From NCBI GenBank assembly GCA_045863235.1, contig BTUM01000007.1:76286-140285 (forward strand): a stretch of 64,000 bases of DNA. The letters are read 5' to 3'. This document shows positions 62,135 through 64,000 of this stretch, one piece after another. Positions within the stretch are counted from its first letter, which is position 1, and the number at the start of each line of letters is the position of its first letter. The position numbers and the translations under genes were made by a program. Under the pieces are notes generated by a model. That model was not told the origin of the DNA, ran no database searches, and saw only the letters and a program-made list of their open reading frames with translations. Origin of the DNA: Candidatus Xenobia bacterium. Lineage in GTDB: Bacteria; Vulcanimicrobiota; Xenobia; Xenobiales; QWHO01.

Positions 62135-62554
62135 TCAGCCCTCGGCGCGGGCCTTGAGTCCGGCGCAGAAGCCTTCGAAGGCCCCGGTCATGTCGGGCAG
62201 ACTCGATCCGATCATGAAGAGCATCGGCCCGCTGAAGACCTCGCGCAGCTCGAAATGCTGGGCCTCGCCCTGTGGGGTCAGGGTGAACGAACGGACGCCC
62301 TTGAACAGGCCGAGCGGCATCCCGCCCTCCCAGGTCATGCGCTTGCCGGGCGTAAACTCCCTGACCTTGACCGGGAACGTGCGTCCCGGGCTGAGTTTGG
62401 AGTGTACCTTCAGGGTCTCGCCGGGGGCGATCCGGCCCTCGAGCCTGGTGACGGACGGCTCCCACTCCGGGTAGCGGGAGCCGTCCGTGAGAATCTCCCA
62501 GATTTTCTCGGGACTGGCGTTGATCGTGGTGCTGGCTTTGAATTCCTTGGGCAT
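62135..62554 (-). CDS. SRPBCC (polyketide cyclase/START-like) small protein.
   Basis: ASTTINASPEKIWEILTDGSRYPEWEP is a typical SRPBCC N-terminus. About 140 aa from MPKEFK. Confidence 0.55.
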   Translation of the reverse strand: MPKEFKASTTINASPEKIWEILTDGSRYPEWEPSVTRLEGRIAPGETLKVHSKLSPGRTFPVKVREFTPGKRMTWEGGMPLGLFKGVRSFTLTPQGEAQHFELREVFSGPMLFMIGSSLPDMTGAFEGFCAGLKARAEG

Positions 62555-62676
62555 CGCGCTCCCTTCCTGGGAACGGCCCGTCATGCCTTCTGTGCCGGAG
62601 GTGGTTGTCGTCAGCCGCGCCTGCCAAGGTGGGGGGCTCTCGGGCGCCGTACCGCCCGAGAGCCGTGCGAATGCGA

Positions 62677-64000
62677 TCAGGCCGGGGCCACCTCGACGCG
62701 CAGCAGCCCGGGGCTGCCGGCTCGATCCTCACGGTACATGTTGCGCACGCACAGGGTGAAGTGCTGGGTTCCCGCGGCTGTGGCCACCAGGGGGATGGTG
62801 ACCTGTGCGGCGCCCGCGAAGTCGACCGCGAACTCCTTGACCTGGCCGCCTCCCACCACGCGAGTCAGGCAGTCCGGCAGGTTGAGGTAGACCAGATCCC
62901 CCATCTCGTAGCCCTCCTCGAGCTGCACATGCAGGTCCACCGCCTCGCCCACCCGCAACTGGCGGGGGGTCCACCAGACGCGCAGAGGAACGGCGAAGGA
63001 AAGCTCGCTCCAGTCCTCGGTGACCAGCAGATCCACCTCCACCGTGGCCAGGCCTTCCAGCACCCGCAAGGTGTCCTCGGTGCTCTCGGTGCGCGCCTGG
63101 CCGTTGAGCAGGCCACTGGCCGAGAGCTCGCGGAACATGGCCAGGGCGGCCACCGAGTCGCAGGTGGAGTAGAGCCGGCCCTGCTCGTTGAGGTCGGCGG
63201 TGATGGCGTTGGCCGTGCTGAGGACCGACTCCAGCTCGCCGCAGCGAAGCAGAATGGCCACCGCGAAGGCCGCCTGGGTGCGCCAGGCCACCCGGTCCGG
63301 CCCCCGGTCCTCGGCCAGGAAGGCCCGCGCCTGGCGGGCCGCCTCCTCCTGGCGCTGGGGCAGGCTCCAGTAGACGCCTGCCAGGGCGGTCTTCTCCAGG
63401 TTGGGGTAGACCTGCTGGACCCGGTTATCCAGCGCCTCGACGCGCGAGTCGGGGTAGAGCTGGCGCAGGGCCCGCAGGTTCATGGCCGCCATCTCGCTCC
63501 AGTAGGCATGCACCGTGGATTGCTCGGGGTAGATTCGAAAGCCCCGCCGATCCATCCACATCGACTCCAGCCGTTGGAGGCCAGCGCGCAGAGCGGCCTC
63601 GGCCTTCAGGCGACGCTCGGTGGTGCGGGCCAGCTCGAGCATGGTGGCTGCCGCCACCATTCGGGCCGAGGTCTGCTCGCAGCAACAGTAGCTGTAGTCG
63701 GTGGTGGCTTCGGCCAGGGTCTCGAGTGGCTGCTCACAGTTGGGGAGCAACCGCCAGGAGAGAATCTCGGGACTGAGCGACACCGACTCGCCGGCCCGCA
63801 GCAGGCGCAGGCTGCGCATCCTTCGGCGCAGCTTGCCGGGAGGGTTGACCCGGCACTCGGCGGTCAGACGCCCGGCCTGAGCGCGGTAGAGGCCGGGCTG
63901 GACCGGGAAGGTAAGATTCGGGCCCAGCTCCACTGGCTCCCCGTCCCGGGTCAGAGTCACCTCCGCCTGGCCTACCTGGAGCAGCCTTCCGGTGACCTGG
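62677..64000 (-). CDS. Bacterial alpha-2-macroglobulin family protein, C-terminal part (gene continues beyond the window end).
   Basis: Thioester-like CCCEQT (canonical CxEQ) followed by an alpha-helical TED-like region and C-terminal receptor-binding-like beta domain. The frame is open to position 64000. Confidence 0.6.
   Translation of the reverse strand, partial: QVTGRLLQVGQAEVTLTRDGEPVELGPNLTFPVQPGLYRAQAGRLTAECRVNPPGKLRRRMRSLRLLRAGESVSLSPEILSWRLLPNCEQPLETLAEATTDYSYCCCEQTSARMVAAATMLELARTTERRLKAEAALRAGLQRLESMWMDRRGFRIYPEQSTVHAYWSEMAAMNLRALRQLYPDSRVEALDNRVQQVYPNLEKTALAGVYWSLPQRQEEAARQARAFLAEDRGPDRVAWRTQAAFAVAILLRCGELESVLSTANAITADLNEQGRLYSTCDSVAALAMFRELSASGLLNGQARTESTEDTLRVLEGLATVEVDLLVTEDWSELSFAVPLRVWWTPRQLRVGEAVDLHVQLEEGYEMGDLVYLNLPDCLTRVVGGGQVKEFAVDFAGAAQVTIPLVATAAGTQHFTLCVRNMYREDRAGSPGLLRVEVAPA

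Noticed and set aside
61190-62890. Plus-strand ORFs (61190-62086, 62108-62890) antisense to the CrtC-like, SRPBCC and A2M genes
   Set aside because: No motifs. The minus-strand genes carry family signatures.
1-64000. Mobile elements, prophage, integrase, transposase, tRNA or rRNA genes
   Set aside because: None of the credible ORFs has transposase, integrase or phage structural signatures, and no tRNA-like cloverleaf was recognised in the intergenic regions. The window appears to be stable chromosomal sequence.

Overview
64 kb window of a very GC-rich (~67-70% GC) bacterial chromosome. Gene content (eukaryote-like Ser/Thr kinase, many lipoproteins, pseudopilins, VIT-vWA, alpha-2-macroglobulin, di-haem peroxidase, cytochrome bd) suggests Myxococcota, Planctomycetota or Acidobacteria, but taxonomy cannot be fixed from sequence alone. 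I call 56 protein-coding genes. No rRNA, tRNA, CRISPR, transposase or integrase was seen. Many genes overlap by 4-8 nt (GTGA/ATGA/TTGA), so translational coupling is common. Main contents: (i) 24-13163, a cell-surface phosphonate-tailoring locus: PEP phosphomutase with the diagnostic EDKX5NS motif fused to a nucleotidyltransferase domain, then a nine-gene overlapping minus-strand operon (Ser/Thr kinase, GNAT-like, beta-propeller-like, PAP2, PhyH 2OG-dioxygenase, LicD phosphotransferase, ABC exporter, LicC-like nucleotidyltransferase, GT-A-like transferase) plus two further glycosyltransferases. (ii) 22035-27496, a tightly coupled four-gene operon: cytoplasmic Cys-rich parallel beta-helix protein with C-terminal winged helix, P-loop ATPase resembling BREX BrxD, Lhr-like DEAH helicase resembling BrxHI, and a 112-aa acidic protein. 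No methyltransferase, PglZ or BrxC lies nearby. This is the best candidate for an undescribed defence-type system. (iii) An unusual YidD-domain/clostripain (C11) peptidase fusion membrane protein. (iv) Two tandem paralogous Big_2 lipoproteins with a duplicated leader containing a conserved T8 tract. (v) Several intergenic tandem and palindromic repeats (42-bp x2.8, 28-bp x2.5, and a 30-bp motif shared by two convergent intergenic regions). (vi) Housekeeping genes: cydAB, pdxH, speE, trmB, beta-CASP RNase, DHH phosphoesterase, a sensor histidine kinase, FtsX and ABC transporters, an amidinotransferase with a paired EamA exporter. Gene starts are often uncertain (GTG/TTG starts, weak Shine-Dalgarno sites). 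Antisense ORFs in the six-frame track are treated as GC-driven artefacts.
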